Of a stretch of DNA of 50,562 bases, positions 1 through 8,310 are shown piece after piece. A model generated the notes under the pieces. That model searched no databases. It saw nothing but the letters and a program-made list of their open reading frames with translations, and was not told the origin of the DNA. Position numbers and translations under genes: made by a program. Origin of the DNA: a virus (taxonomy: Duplodnaviria > Caudoviricetes); the IMG/VR virus record IMGVR_UViG_3300011444_000013, positions 1 to 50,562 of that record; one strand, 5' to 3'. Position 1 is the first letter of the stretch; every line of letters begins with the position of its first letter.

Positions 1-123
1 CCATCGCAGCCGCAAGTCGCACGGTTAATGTTTCGACTTCATTGTCGAATATGACCAATGACTTCTCTTCAGCCTGTGGCACCGGCCTGTGGGGCGTTCA
101 CGCATCCGCTGCGCTTCATGGCA
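1..123. repeat. Terminal direct repeat, left copy (circular assembly overlap)
   Basis: 1-123 is identical to 50440-50562, and the ORF starting at 49911 continues in frame across the junction. Confidence 0.97.
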
Positions 124-887
124 ATGGTGGTACGTTAACAAGTGCCATTAGCCCCACCTCCAACAACCCGAAGATCGCGCTGGTAGTTTGGGCCACCACA
201 ACTCCAACCCCACCTGTTTCTGGTTTAATCGGCTGGTGGGACGCAAGTCAATTCTCCAGCCTTACTATAACTACAGGTAACATCGTCAACGCCACTGACC
301 TGAGTGGTCATGGCAACGACATTACATCTGTTGCCGGTCCTCCATACAGCGCAGTTGCTTTCAATGGTCTTCCTGCTTTTAACTGGGGAGGTTCCAGTGC
401 GCTATTAAAAACTAGTTTTGCATTTGGAACCGGAAATACTTTAACTGCATTCTTCGCTATTGAAATGAACCCGGCCACGGGATCGTTCGGGCGTATGATG
501 TCGTACTTTGCTGGCGGCAGCAACGACGCTGACAACAACGCTTCATTCTTAATAGGACGTAACGCTGGTAGCAATGCTTGGGTGTTGTACAGGAATGCTT
601 CTACAGCTTCATCAGCCAGTTTAGCCACCGGTCCCCACACACTTATTGTCACGGTAGACAGCAGCGGGGTAATGACTAATTACGTTGATGGTGCATCTGC
701 AACAGGATCAACTCTAAATGCTGCTTTTGGTGCTTCTGGAACTCTCGCGTTAGGTATTGCCGCGTTCACTTCCACATCACAGTGGAACGGCCCAATGGGA
801 GAGGCTGGAATTTCTACAGCCTTTACCAATTCAACAGGAGTGGCTGCGTTACAAACGTACTTAAAGAACAAGTGGGGTACGCCGTGA
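1..887 (+). CDS. 3' part of a junction-spanning 471-aa exported protein with a C-terminal LamG/ConA-like beta-sandwich
   Basis: In frame with ATG 49911 through the repeat. LIGWWDASQ...DLSGHGN...YVDG...WNGPMGE...YLKNKWG is typical of phage LamG-like domains. Confidence 0.8.
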   Translation, partial: IAAASRTVNVSTSLSNMTNDFSSACGTGLWGVHASAALHGNGGTLTSAISPTSNNPKIALVVWATTTPTPPVSGLIGWWDASQFSSLTITTGNIVNATDLSGHGNDITSVAGPPYSAVAFNGLPAFNWGGSSALLKTSFAFGTGNTLTAFFAIEMNPATGSFGRMMSYFAGGSNDADNNASFLIGRNAGSNAWVLYRNASTASSASLATGPHTLIVTVDSSGVMTNYVDGASATGSTLNAAFGASGTLALGIAAFTSTSQWNGPMGEAGISTAFTNSTGVAALQTYLKNKWGTP

Positions 888-1309
888 CTTTATCTGAAAC
901 TGCTACACTGGCCGGAATATTTTTACAAACTATTGGTCTTGCAGCAGTGCTGTTCAAGCTTGTTTGGGGTGGCGCAACATCGCACCAAGAAAATATTGCA
1001 GCTACTCGCAATGACTTTGCGACCCGAATAGAAATACAGACAACTAATTTTGGTAACGTCATTGCCAGTGTTGGTGATCGTATCCATCAACTGGAATTGA
1101 AAGCAATGGAATTTCGCGCCATAGCGGCAGAAATGTACATGCGCAGAGATAGCTATTACAAAGCTGCTGACGAATTTAAGCGTGATGTAAAAGATGCACA
1201 TGACGATTTGAAACATGAAATGAGTACCGGGTTTGAAAATTTACGAGAACAAATAAATGCGGTGTCAATGTCTATAGAAGAAAACCGCAGAACAACGCGA
1301 GAAAATTAA
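884..1309 (+). CDS. Membrane-anchored coiled-coil protein (holin/antiholin-like)
   Basis: GTG 884 overlaps the upstream TGA. One N-terminal TM segment (LAGIFLQTIGLAAVLFKLVW) is followed by a charged helical region. Confidence 0.6.
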   Translation: MTLSETATLAGIFLQTIGLAAVLFKLVWGGATSHQENIAATRNDFATRIEIQTTNFGNVIASVGDRIHQLELKAMEFRAIAAEMYMRRDSYYKAADEFKRDVKDAHDDLKHEMSTGFENLREQINAVSMSIEENRRTTREN

Positions 1310-2113
1310 ATGCCAGCTTTGGTTCCTATTAGGTTTGGTTCTTCACCGGAAGGAACTCCGAAGCGTCCACTGGTGGCTGGTATAACAAGCGGTGGTGGGA
1401 GTGGCGATCCTTTTTGGGCTGACGTAGTTCTTTTGATGCCGTTTGACGGCGTGAACGGTTCTACTGGTTCGCCGGGCATGGACGATATAAGTTCATTCGC
1501 GCATGGTACCGCGAATGTTAATGGTGCTGCTCAAATCAGCACGGCGCAATTTGAATTTGCACCATCATCGTTGCTTACGGCACCTACTGATGATTTTGCT
1601 TTTTTTACTGCAAGTCCTGACTGGAATTTATCGCCTGCTAACTCAAGTCCATTTACCATTGAATTTTGGGCGTACTTTAACACGTTTACTGCTGGCAGAA
1701 TTATGCTAGGGCTGAGCCACGTTGCTGATGGCACTTTTGGTTTCTGGCTTCGTACTTCTGGGATTTCTGAGCTAAGTTTTTTATGGTCCCCCACGGGAGC
1801 ATTCGCAGACATTCAAACTATCACGTCTAGCGGTGCTGGTCTTTTTACAGGCGGTCAAATTCCGATAGCATTAACTAAAGACAGCAGCGGCACGTTCAGA
1901 TTTTATACAAATGGGATGATGGTTGGCAGCGCTACACCAGCTAACAGTATTATTCATAATCCCGGTGCACCAGCTATTCTCAGCATAGGAGGTGCAGTCG
2001 CAGCAGGCGCTTCTGTGGATGGTTGGGAAGACGAACTGCGTATTACAAAAGCGGCTAGATACACGGGTAGTAGCTATGTAGTAGCTACGCAGCCATTTCC
2101 GACAGGACCGTAA
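1310..2113 (+). CDS. LamG/ConA-like virion or receptor-binding protein
   Basis: DPFWADVVLLMPFDG...FTIEFW...DGWEDELRITKAARY...PFP pattern of phage concanavalin-like domains. Confidence 0.8.
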   Translation: MPALVPIRFGSSPEGTPKRPLVAGITSGGGSGDPFWADVVLLMPFDGVNGSTGSPGMDDISSFAHGTANVNGAAQISTAQFEFAPSSLLTAPTDDFAFFTASPDWNLSPANSSPFTIEFWAYFNTFTAGRIMLGLSHVADGTFGFWLRTSGISELSFLWSPTGAFADIQTITSSGAGLFTGGQIPIALTKDSSGTFRFYTNGMMVGSATPANSIIHNPGAPAILSIGGAVAAGASVDGWEDELRITKAARYTGSSYVVATQPFPTGP

Positions 2114-2116
2114 ATA

Positions 2117-2266
2117 ATGAAACCGAAAAAACTGCCAAAGGTTAACCCGGATCAGGCGAAAGCCACCTATTTTCTGGCGCAGAAGTCCGGCTTGTTCCGG
2201 CCCGGTGCTTCGACTATACTCGCGAACAGCATTCCAGCCCGGAAGGGGAAAGGTAAGCGAAAATGA
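2117..2266 (+). CDS. Small basic protein (49 aa, MKPKKLPKV...KGKRK), absent from the ORF track
   Basis: Fills the gap exactly; its TGA overlaps the ATG at 2263 (ATGA). Confidence 0.6.
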   Translation: MKPKKLPKVNPDQAKATYFLAQKSGLFRPGASTILANSIPARKGKGKRK

Positions 2267-2499
2267 AGTACAACGGCACGAACGGTTTTGGAAACGATCC
2301 CGGCGACAGCATCAGTGAAAATTGCACCAAATTTGGCGGTCGTGGTGGCTTCCCGAAAGGGAAATTACAGCGCTATCCTAGCGCGGTGGCAGATATCTCA
2401 GGCGGTAACCGTCGCCTGTCGAAATCCAATCATGGCGACGGCGGCGGCAGCAGCACGTCCATGAGAGGAACCAATGCCTTTAGCAAGGGCCGAAAATAG
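2263..2499 (+). CDS. Small Gly-rich basic protein, probably virion-associated
   Basis: Tight coupling to neighbours; shares RG[ST]NAFSKG with the 16516 protein. Confidence 0.6.
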   Translation: MKYNGTNGFGNDPGDSISENCTKFGGRGGFPKGKLQRYPSAVADISGGNRRLSKSNHGDGGGSSTSMRGTNAFSKGRK

Positions 2500-2508
2500 G
2501 AGGCTAAC

Positions 2509-2919
2509 ATTTTTTATAGACCGGGCGGCTCTGATACCCGCATTAACATACAGTATGACGAAGTGTTTTCGGATGCTGTCGGCGGTGCTACCGGCTGGCT
2601 TCCGGTCAACAGAGGCGACTGGATCGGAATAAACGCCTGCCGCGCGCTTCTTACTTTTGGTAATACGGCGTCATCCGTTGTGACAAAGCAACCGGGTTCC
2701 GCCCCGGAAATGCAGTTGATAATGGAAATGAAAACTATCGGCGGTCAAACTGATGCGGAAGCATGGCCGATGGACAATTTTCAAAATACAATTGTTGCAA
2801 AAGGCGTGGTTGCTAATCGTGACGGTTGGGTGCGGTTGCGCATTTTAGACATCAACAACACTGACGGTACCGGTTTGGCAATGGCGCTTCAGATATCTAA
2901 AAACTCAGGTGGGCAGTAA
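2509..2919 (+). CDS. Small beta-rich virion protein; probable ATT start at 2509 (track start GTG 2563)
   Basis: GGAGG at 2499-2503, then 5 nt, then an in-frame ATT; the frame is open from there to TAA 2919. Confidence 0.6.
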   Translation: MFYRPGGSDTRINIQYDEVFSDAVGGATGWLPVNRGDWIGINACRALLTFGNTASSVVTKQPGSAPEMQLIMEMKTIGGQTDAEAWPMDNFQNTIVAKGVVANRDGWVRLRILDINNTDGTGLAMALQISKNSGGQ

Positions 2920-2921
2920 TC

Positions 2922-3548
2922 ATGTCAGGTTTTGACACGGGGCTTCCGGGTACCAGCATCCCCTTCATGGCTAAACAGTTTGGCCCGATCCTGCGTGGCT
3001 TCGGTCCTCCTGTGCCACAAGCTTGCGTGATTGGCGATCTGTATATCGACAACATCACGTTTGAACTTTTTGAAAAACGTGACATTAATGGTTTGGACGA
3101 TTGGGGCCATTATTTGTGGGTGGTTCCCACTACGTACCGCACCACGCTGAAATGGTTTGGACCCAACGGGCCGAACAACGAAATCGGCGTTGTAGGTGAC
3201 TACTTCCTGCAATGGGCTGGTTACCCCAACTACGGCATGTTTCCCATTATTTGGGGGCCAAAGACTTGGACTGGATGGCCCGAAAATGGCGACGGTCCCG
3301 GTACCATTATTGTTGGTGATACCGTTCTGCCAATCGGTTTGCTTACTGAAGGCGCTCCGCTCGCGTCTGTGCAGCCGTCACGCTTGACCGCGATTGGTCT
3401 GTTATCTGAATATATTATTCCGGTACCTGTAACGGATGCCGCAGGTGACCCGGTGCTTGAACTTGGATTGCAGTCGTCTGGTACGTTGGTGGATACTCTC
3501 GCCATTAACCCGCTTTACACTGCCGAAGATGAAAAAGAGCTTTCATAG
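2922..3548 (+). CDS. Tail fibre-associated protein
   Basis: GxxGD[LY][YF] motifs (VIGDLYID, VVGDYFL) typical of phage fibre knots; directly upstream of the fibre gene. Confidence 0.6.
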   Translation: MSGFDTGLPGTSIPFMAKQFGPILRGFGPPVPQACVIGDLYIDNITFELFEKRDINGLDDWGHYLWVVPTTYRTTLKWFGPNGPNNEIGVVGDYFLQWAGYPNYGMFPIIWGPKTWTGWPENGDGPGTIIVGDTVLPIGLLTEGAPLASVQPSRLTAIGLLSEYIIPVPVTDAAGDPVLELGLQSSGTLVDTLAINPLYTAEDEKELS

Positions 3549-4813
3549 TGGCATATAATTATCTCACAGATTTTGTTGGTCTGTGGAGAGCAACAACTGG
3601 TGGCGTTGAAAAAGGCGAAATGCCGGGGCTTGACTTTGTTATTGCTGCGCTCGGTCGCGCTGGCATTCTAAATCTTATAATTTCCGGTTCACCACCGGTT
3701 GTTAATCAAGATACCACTGCATGGTTTAAACCTTCCGTGTCGCCACCAGATTACGCAGCTGAAGGTACGCTGTATCTGTGGAACGGCACAACTTACGTTC
3801 CTGCCACGCCGGGGTTGTTCTTTACGTATCTCTCGGTCAGCCTCAACGCGAACGCTCTCGCCATTTGGCTGGTGACCGGTGCACCATCAAACTTGATTGG
3901 CGTAAATGGCGACCTTGCTTTGCGTCAAGATGCGCCGGGTGGTATTTATGGTCCAAAGGCTTCCAACGTATGGCCTGCTGACCCGTTACCGGGAACGTCT
4001 TACAGTCAGATCAGCAGTTTTCTTGATGTGCTTGGTACCACGCAAGGCGATATCATTTATCGCAATGCGTCAGCATGGGTAGTGCTCGCGCCGGGTACTG
4101 CTGGACAGATTTTAGTAACCGGTGGTGCTGGTGCTAATCCGGCGTGGACTAGTTCTTCTTCAATTGTTGGTACTGGGCTAGACGCTATTGGTAGCACGCA
4201 AGGCGATATTCTCTATCGCAACGCTACAGTCTGGACTGTGCTTGCGCCGGGTACGTCCGGTCAGATACTTCAATCGGGTGGTGCGGCTGCCAATCCGTCA
4301 TGGGTAAGCGCTTCAGCTGCCTTTGTTCTAAACTCGGCTGCGGTTGATGCTGCATTTGGCGCGACTGCTGGCGGCGTGCTTGTGCGCGGTTCTTCTTGGG
4401 CAAATTCTGGCGCGGGAAGCGCAGATCAGGTTTTAACTTCAAATGGCGCATCAGCACCATCTTTCAAAACTGTTAAGATAACGTCTGCGATTATTGATAC
4501 CGCATTTGGTGGTTCGCAGGGTAGCATCCTGTACCGCAACGCAACGGTATGGACGCCACTTGCGCCGGGTGTGAACGGTCAGTTTTTACAAACAGCTGGA
4601 CCGGCAGCTAACCCAGTTTGGGCTACTGTAACTCCAACTTCAACGCCGGGTGCTATTGGCACATACGCACTTGGGACGGCTACTGCTGGTGGCTTTGATG
4701 CTGCTGGTGCAGCATACCCCGGAACATGGGTACTTGTCAGCTTGTATTCGTTTGGTGTTACTGACGCGCTCGGCAATGTTAACAGTCTAGGTCTTTGGCT
4801 TCGCACTGGATAA
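3548..4813 (+). CDS. Tail fibre protein with four internal repeats
   Basis: Repeats of GxxQGDI.YRNAxxWxxLAPGxxGQxLxxxGxxANPxW at about 4034, 4190, 4358 (degenerate) and 4508. Confidence 0.8.
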   Translation: MAYNYLTDFVGLWRATTGGVEKGEMPGLDFVIAALGRAGILNLIISGSPPVVNQDTTAWFKPSVSPPDYAAEGTLYLWNGTTYVPATPGLFFTYLSVSLNANALAIWLVTGAPSNLIGVNGDLALRQDAPGGIYGPKASNVWPADPLPGTSYSQISSFLDVLGTTQGDIIYRNASAWVVLAPGTAGQILVTGGAGANPAWTSSSSIVGTGLDAIGSTQGDILYRNATVWTVLAPGTSGQILQSGGAAANPSWVSASAAFVLNSAAVDAAFGATAGGVLVRGSSWANSGAGSADQVLTSNGASAPSFKTVKITSAIIDTAFGGSQGSILYRNATVWTPLAPGVNGQFLQTAGPAANPVWATVTPTSTPGAIGTYALGTATAGGFDAAGAAYPGTWVLVSLYSFGVTDALGNVNSLGLWLRTG

Positions 4814-4824
4814 GGAAATGACAA

Positions 4825-5118
4825 ATGAGCTACACACCGACAACTGACTTTATTGGGCTCGCGCGTGCTGTTACTGGCGGTGTCCAGAAGGGCGAAATTC
4901 CCGGATTGGACTTAATTGTAAACATCCTGTCGCGGTGCGGGCTGTTCAATATCACAATCGCTGCAACGCAGCCGGTAGCCAACCAATCGACTACGATGTG
5001 GTTTCAACCGGCCACACCAAGTTATTCGTCAGAAGGTGCGCTATTCCTTTGGAACGGCTCGGCATATGTCGCGGCAACACCTTCCCTGTTCAAAACTTAT
5101 CTGGCAGCTATCACATGA
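4825..5118 (+). CDS. Stand-alone paralog of the tail fibre N-terminal domain
   Basis: TDFIGLARAVTGGVQKGEIPGLD...EGALFLWNG aligns with the fibre's TDFVGLWRATTGGVEKGEMPGLD...EGTLYLWNG; RBS AAGGA. Confidence 0.8.
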   Translation: MSYTPTTDFIGLARAVTGGVQKGEIPGLDLIVNILSRCGLFNITIAATQPVANQSTTMWFQPATPSYSSEGALFLWNGSAYVAATPSLFKTYLAAIT

Positions 5119-5618
5119 GCTTTTACGATACCGTAATCAGAAATTCACCCGCGTTTCGCTCAGATGCAATTTGCAAAGACATGGCTTTGCTTGAACCGGG
5201 CACACGTCAAGCGGTCACTGATATGGTTACGGAAGCAAAGGCGGAAGGTCATGATCTTCGCGTGCTGGAAACGTATCGTTCACAAACGCGGCAAGGCTAT
5301 CTTTTTACAAAACACTTTACACAACTTCGTGTTGTCGGTTGTCATGGTTACGGTGTTGCTGTGGATTTTGGTGTCTTTGTTAATGGCAAATATATGGAAG
5401 ACAATAAACCGTACATATTTCTGGACGCGCTAGCGCGAAAACATGGGATGGTGTCGGGGCAAACGTGGGGGCACAATTACGTAAACCGTGGTTTTGTTGA
5501 TAGCGGTCACGTCCAGCGCGTACCGATATTTCGGCAGCAAGCACTTTTCAATGGTGCATGGTACCCTCCAATCAATTATGATCCTTACGCAGACATGAAA
5601 GATCATGGAGTGTCGTAA
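5115..5618 (+). CDS. Endolysin, M15-family L-Ala-D-Glu peptidase-like
   Basis: ETYRSQTRQ, CHGYGVAVD and DSGHVQ Zn-peptidase motifs; ATG 5115 overlaps the upstream TGA. Confidence 0.8.
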   Translation: MSFYDTVIRNSPAFRSDAICKDMALLEPGTRQAVTDMVTEAKAEGHDLRVLETYRSQTRQGYLFTKHFTQLRVVGCHGYGVAVDFGVFVNGKYMEDNKPYIFLDALARKHGMVSGQTWGHNYVNRGFVDSGHVQRVPIFRQQALFNGAWYPPINYDPYADMKDHGVS

Positions 5619-7084
5619 TGGGTGGTGATGGTGGCGGCGACGGTGGTAATGGCGGCGACGGCTCTGATGGCAGCGTTGGCGCAGATGGCAGTATTGGCGA
5701 TAGCTCTAGCGTAAGCGATAACACAGGCACCAGTGACACTTCCGGCGTAAGCCTTAGCGACTTTGGCAGCTTTGGTGATAACGCTTCACTAGCAGACGCA
5801 CAAGCAGCGCAAACTGGTTTGGCGACCGGTGTTGACGGCGTGTCTACTACTGGATACGGCAGCTTCGGTCCTACTGACGCCACCCCCGGCAATGATCCTG
5901 CGAACACTCCCGGCTTTGGTTCATATGCTGATGCTGCGCTTGGACCGGGTGTAGGTTATGGTGACGTAGGTGGTTTTGGTGTTGCGGGCTACGGTAACGG
6001 TATAAGCGGGTTTGGCGGTATCGGTGGCTATGGTAGCGGTTCGCCGGGTGCACCCGGTGGTTTCGGAAATGTTGGTGTTGCGACCGCTAACAGTAGCATA
6101 GCTTCGATGGCTGATGCTTTGGGGGTATCGCAAAGTCCTGCTGCCGCTGCTGCCATAGCCAATCTTGGGCCTTCTGTTGGTGCAGCGCTTGGTACGCTAG
6201 GAGAGAACTTTGGTACTCCGGCCGCGCCTGCGGTTGCAGCCTTACCGGCAGAAGCTGCCGCGCCTGCGCTTGGGAAAAGCAACAATTTAGCTGACACCGC
6301 TCCTGTTTCGGTTCAAACCGTTAACGTGACACCAACTGATCCGGTCACCACGCCTTTAACAGCACCGCCAGTCAATGAACCAACGGCGGAAGAAGACGCA
6401 GCTACCCTAGCGAAGGTAAATCAGGAAGCTATTAACTTAGGTTACATGACCGCCACTGGCTTGCCCGGCAGGGGCGTAACTACCACGTCAACACCAGCCA
6501 ACGCCGCGTTGGCAGGACTTGGCCCTGTTTCTGCTACCGGTAACTTTAGCCAGAGCCCTCCGGGCGTCGTAGGAGTGGCACCTAACATAAGTGCTACTGG
6601 TAATTTCAGTCAAAGCCCCACAGGCGTTGTAGGGGTGGCGCCAGATGCAACTGCTGACAGTCTAGCTGCGCAGGCATCCCGTGACGCGCAACAAAGTGTT
6701 GCGCTAAACCAAAATCAAAATTTTAACGATATAGACAACGCCGCTATCAACTTCAGCCTGCCTCCGACCGCAGTCGCTACGGCTCCGGGCACTCCAACCG
6801 GTACCAGCGTTGGAGGGCAGTCCACAGCGGCTAATGTAGGCATAGGAGCGTCTTTTGGTCCGGGGGTGTCGGTTGCTGCCGCCCCACCCGCAGCCCCCAC
6901 CAGCGAGGCTCCTACTAGCACTGCCGCCCCTTCTACCGGCGGCCAGTCGGTTAGCGCAGCACTCTCCAGTGCCATAAATGCCGAAACCGACTTTGGTACC
7001 ATTGGCAGCGGGCTGAACTTCAACCCGGTTGGGTCTATATTGATCGCACAGTACCCTTGGCTTGGGTTCCAGCCTACGTCTTAG
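5618..7084 (+). CDS. Low-complexity Gly/Asp/Ala/Pro/Thr-rich protein, possibly internal virion or ejection protein
   Basis: 488-aa ORF with a GGD-rich N-terminus and an internal 20-aa duplication; function inferred only. Confidence 0.55.
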   Translation: MGGDGGGDGGNGGDGSDGSVGADGSIGDSSSVSDNTGTSDTSGVSLSDFGSFGDNASLADAQAAQTGLATGVDGVSTTGYGSFGPTDATPGNDPANTPGFGSYADAALGPGVGYGDVGGFGVAGYGNGISGFGGIGGYGSGSPGAPGGFGNVGVATANSSIASMADALGVSQSPAAAAAIANLGPSVGAALGTLGENFGTPAAPAVAALPAEAAAPALGKSNNLADTAPVSVQTVNVTPTDPVTTPLTAPPVNEPTAEEDAATLAKVNQEAINLGYMTATGLPGRGVTTTSTPANAALAGLGPVSATGNFSQSPPGVVGVAPNISATGNFSQSPTGVVGVAPDATADSLAAQASRDAQQSVALNQNQNFNDIDNAAINFSLPPTAVATAPGTPTGTSVGGQSTAANVGIGASFGPGVSVAAAPPAAPTSEAPTSTAAPSTGGQSVSAALSSAINAETDFGTIGSGLNFNPVGSILIAQYPWLGFQPTS

Positions 7085-7272
7085 GTTAGGAGGAATACCA
7101 GCGCGACGGCGATAGGCGTTGCTGCGGCAGCCGCCAGCGCCACGTAGAACGCGATGCGCTGATAACCAGCTTCGCGCCGGGTGCGCGGGCGCTCCCAAAT
7201 CCATTCACCTTCCTCGTTCACCCGGTAAATATGACCTTCCTTTGCGCTAATGTCCTCAAAACTGGTGTGCAT
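7081..7272 (-). CDS. Small protein with a C-terminal TM helix
   Basis: 63 aa, GGGG RBS, stop overlaps the convergent stop. Confidence 0.55.
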   Translation of the reverse strand: MHTSFEDISAKEGHIYRVNEEGEWIWERPRTRREAGYQRIAFYVALAAAAATPIAVALVFLLT

Positions 7273-7288
7273 TGTTAGCCCCTTTGGG

Positions 7289-7318
7289 TTGTGTTACCGT
7301 GCCAAAAGTGTATACACT
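7289..7318 (+). promoter_or_regulatory. Promoter/operator containing the palindrome AGTGTATACACT
   Basis: TTGTGT-16-TATACA has the same geometry as the 35.9-kb promoter; lies in a divergent intergenic gap. Confidence 0.55.
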
Positions 7319-7339
7319 CATTGCATCACAGGGACAAGC

Positions 7340-7684
7340 ATGAATTTAACCAGAAACCAAATTCTTGCCATCACTTTAGCAGTGCTCGGGGTGCTGGCCG
7401 GTTCGGCAACTCAGTTGACTGACTTATTTGGGACTAACGTAGCTAAAACCCTTGTTACCGCGTCCAGCCTTGTGCAAACAATCCTCGCAGGCATCCTTGC
7501 GGCCCTTAGCGGTCAAACTTCACAAGTCAAGGATGTGCTAGCGATGCCGGGTGTAGAGAAGCTCACGGTAAATGCGGCAGCTAACCAGACCTTATCCGCG
7601 ATTGCAGTTGATCCTAAAGTGGATAAAATTGCGCCAACTGTTGGTGCCGAAACTGCTGTTACAGAAACCGCGAAGGGAAGTTAA
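7340..7684 (+). CDS. Holin-like two-TM protein
   Basis: Two hydrophobic helices; upstream of a lipoprotein; GGGA RBS before ATG 7340. Confidence 0.6.
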   Translation: MNLTRNQILAITLAVLGVLAGSATQLTDLFGTNVAKTLVTASSLVQTILAGILAALSGQTSQVKDVLAMPGVEKLTVNAAANQTLSAIAVDPKVDKIAPTVGAETAVTETAKGS

Positions 7685-8086
7685 ATGCGCAAAATTATTT
7701 TAGCTTTCACGCTAACGCTATCGCTTGGCGCGTGTGCTTCGCTTCAAAACGTTGAAACTGCATTTCAACTCGGTACGGCGTCTATCGCCAATCCGGTAAC
7801 GCCAACACGTCTTAACCAAATGGAAAGCGCGGTCACCATTGTATTTGCTGGACTGAAGGCTTGGAAAACTTCATGTCAGCAAGGTTTAATCCCGCCTGCT
7901 TGCCGTGGTCAGATTTATCAAGCGCAGGTATTCACACGTCAAGTACCTGTCTATCTTACGCAGTTACGGACCTTTGTTCGCAACAACGATCAGGTTAACG
8001 CTACTGTAGTGTTCAACAACATGACTTCGTTGATTGCTGCCATCAAATCACAAGCCGCCGCAAATGGCGTGAACGTTGGGAGTTGA
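7685..8086 (+). CDS. Lipoprotein, spanin-like lysis accessory
   Basis: Signal peptide with lipobox LSLGA-C. Confidence 0.65.
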   Translation: MRKIILAFTLTLSLGACASLQNVETAFQLGTASIANPVTPTRLNQMESAVTIVFAGLKAWKTSCQQGLIPPACRGQIYQAQVFTRQVPVYLTQLRTFVRNNDQVNATVVFNNMTSLIAAIKSQAAANGVNVGS

Positions 8087-8304
8087 CCATGGACTTTGCA
8101 GCAATTCTTGCGCTCACTCTCAAGGGTATTAGCGTCATTCAAACGCTTGTCAGCGTAGGCCAAGATATAGCGCCAGCAGTAAAAGTTGTTAAAGACCTAA
8201 TAACGGGTGCGCAAGCTGGTACTGTTACTGATGCTGAGTTACTGACAACGGAAGACACGCTTGACGCCATGATCGCTGATTTCAACGAGCCCATGACTGA
8301 CTGA
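8083..8304 (+). CDS. Small hydrophobic protein of the lysis cluster (ATG probably 8089)
   Basis: Coupled to the lipoprotein gene; amphipathic. Confidence 0.6.
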   Translation: MTMDFAAILALTLKGISVIQTLVSVGQDIAPAVKVVKDLITGAQAGTVTDAELLTTEDTLDAMIADFNEPMTD

Positions 8305-8310
8305 CGATGT

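Noticed and set aside
1-123. 123-bp repeat as a biological terminal repeat
   Set aside because: It falls mid-gene and has the size of an assembler overlap. It shows circularity or permutation, not physical ends.
2497-2499. Genome-wide TAG recoding
   Set aside because: Long genes are uninterrupted in the standard code, and TAG ends genes exactly where the next begins (3548, 49098) or a convergent gene ends (7084, 44332).
4034-4621. Fibre repeats as DGR template/variable repeats or invertible segments
   Set aside because: No reverse transcriptase or invertase; differences are not adenine-specific; these are ordinary protein repeats.
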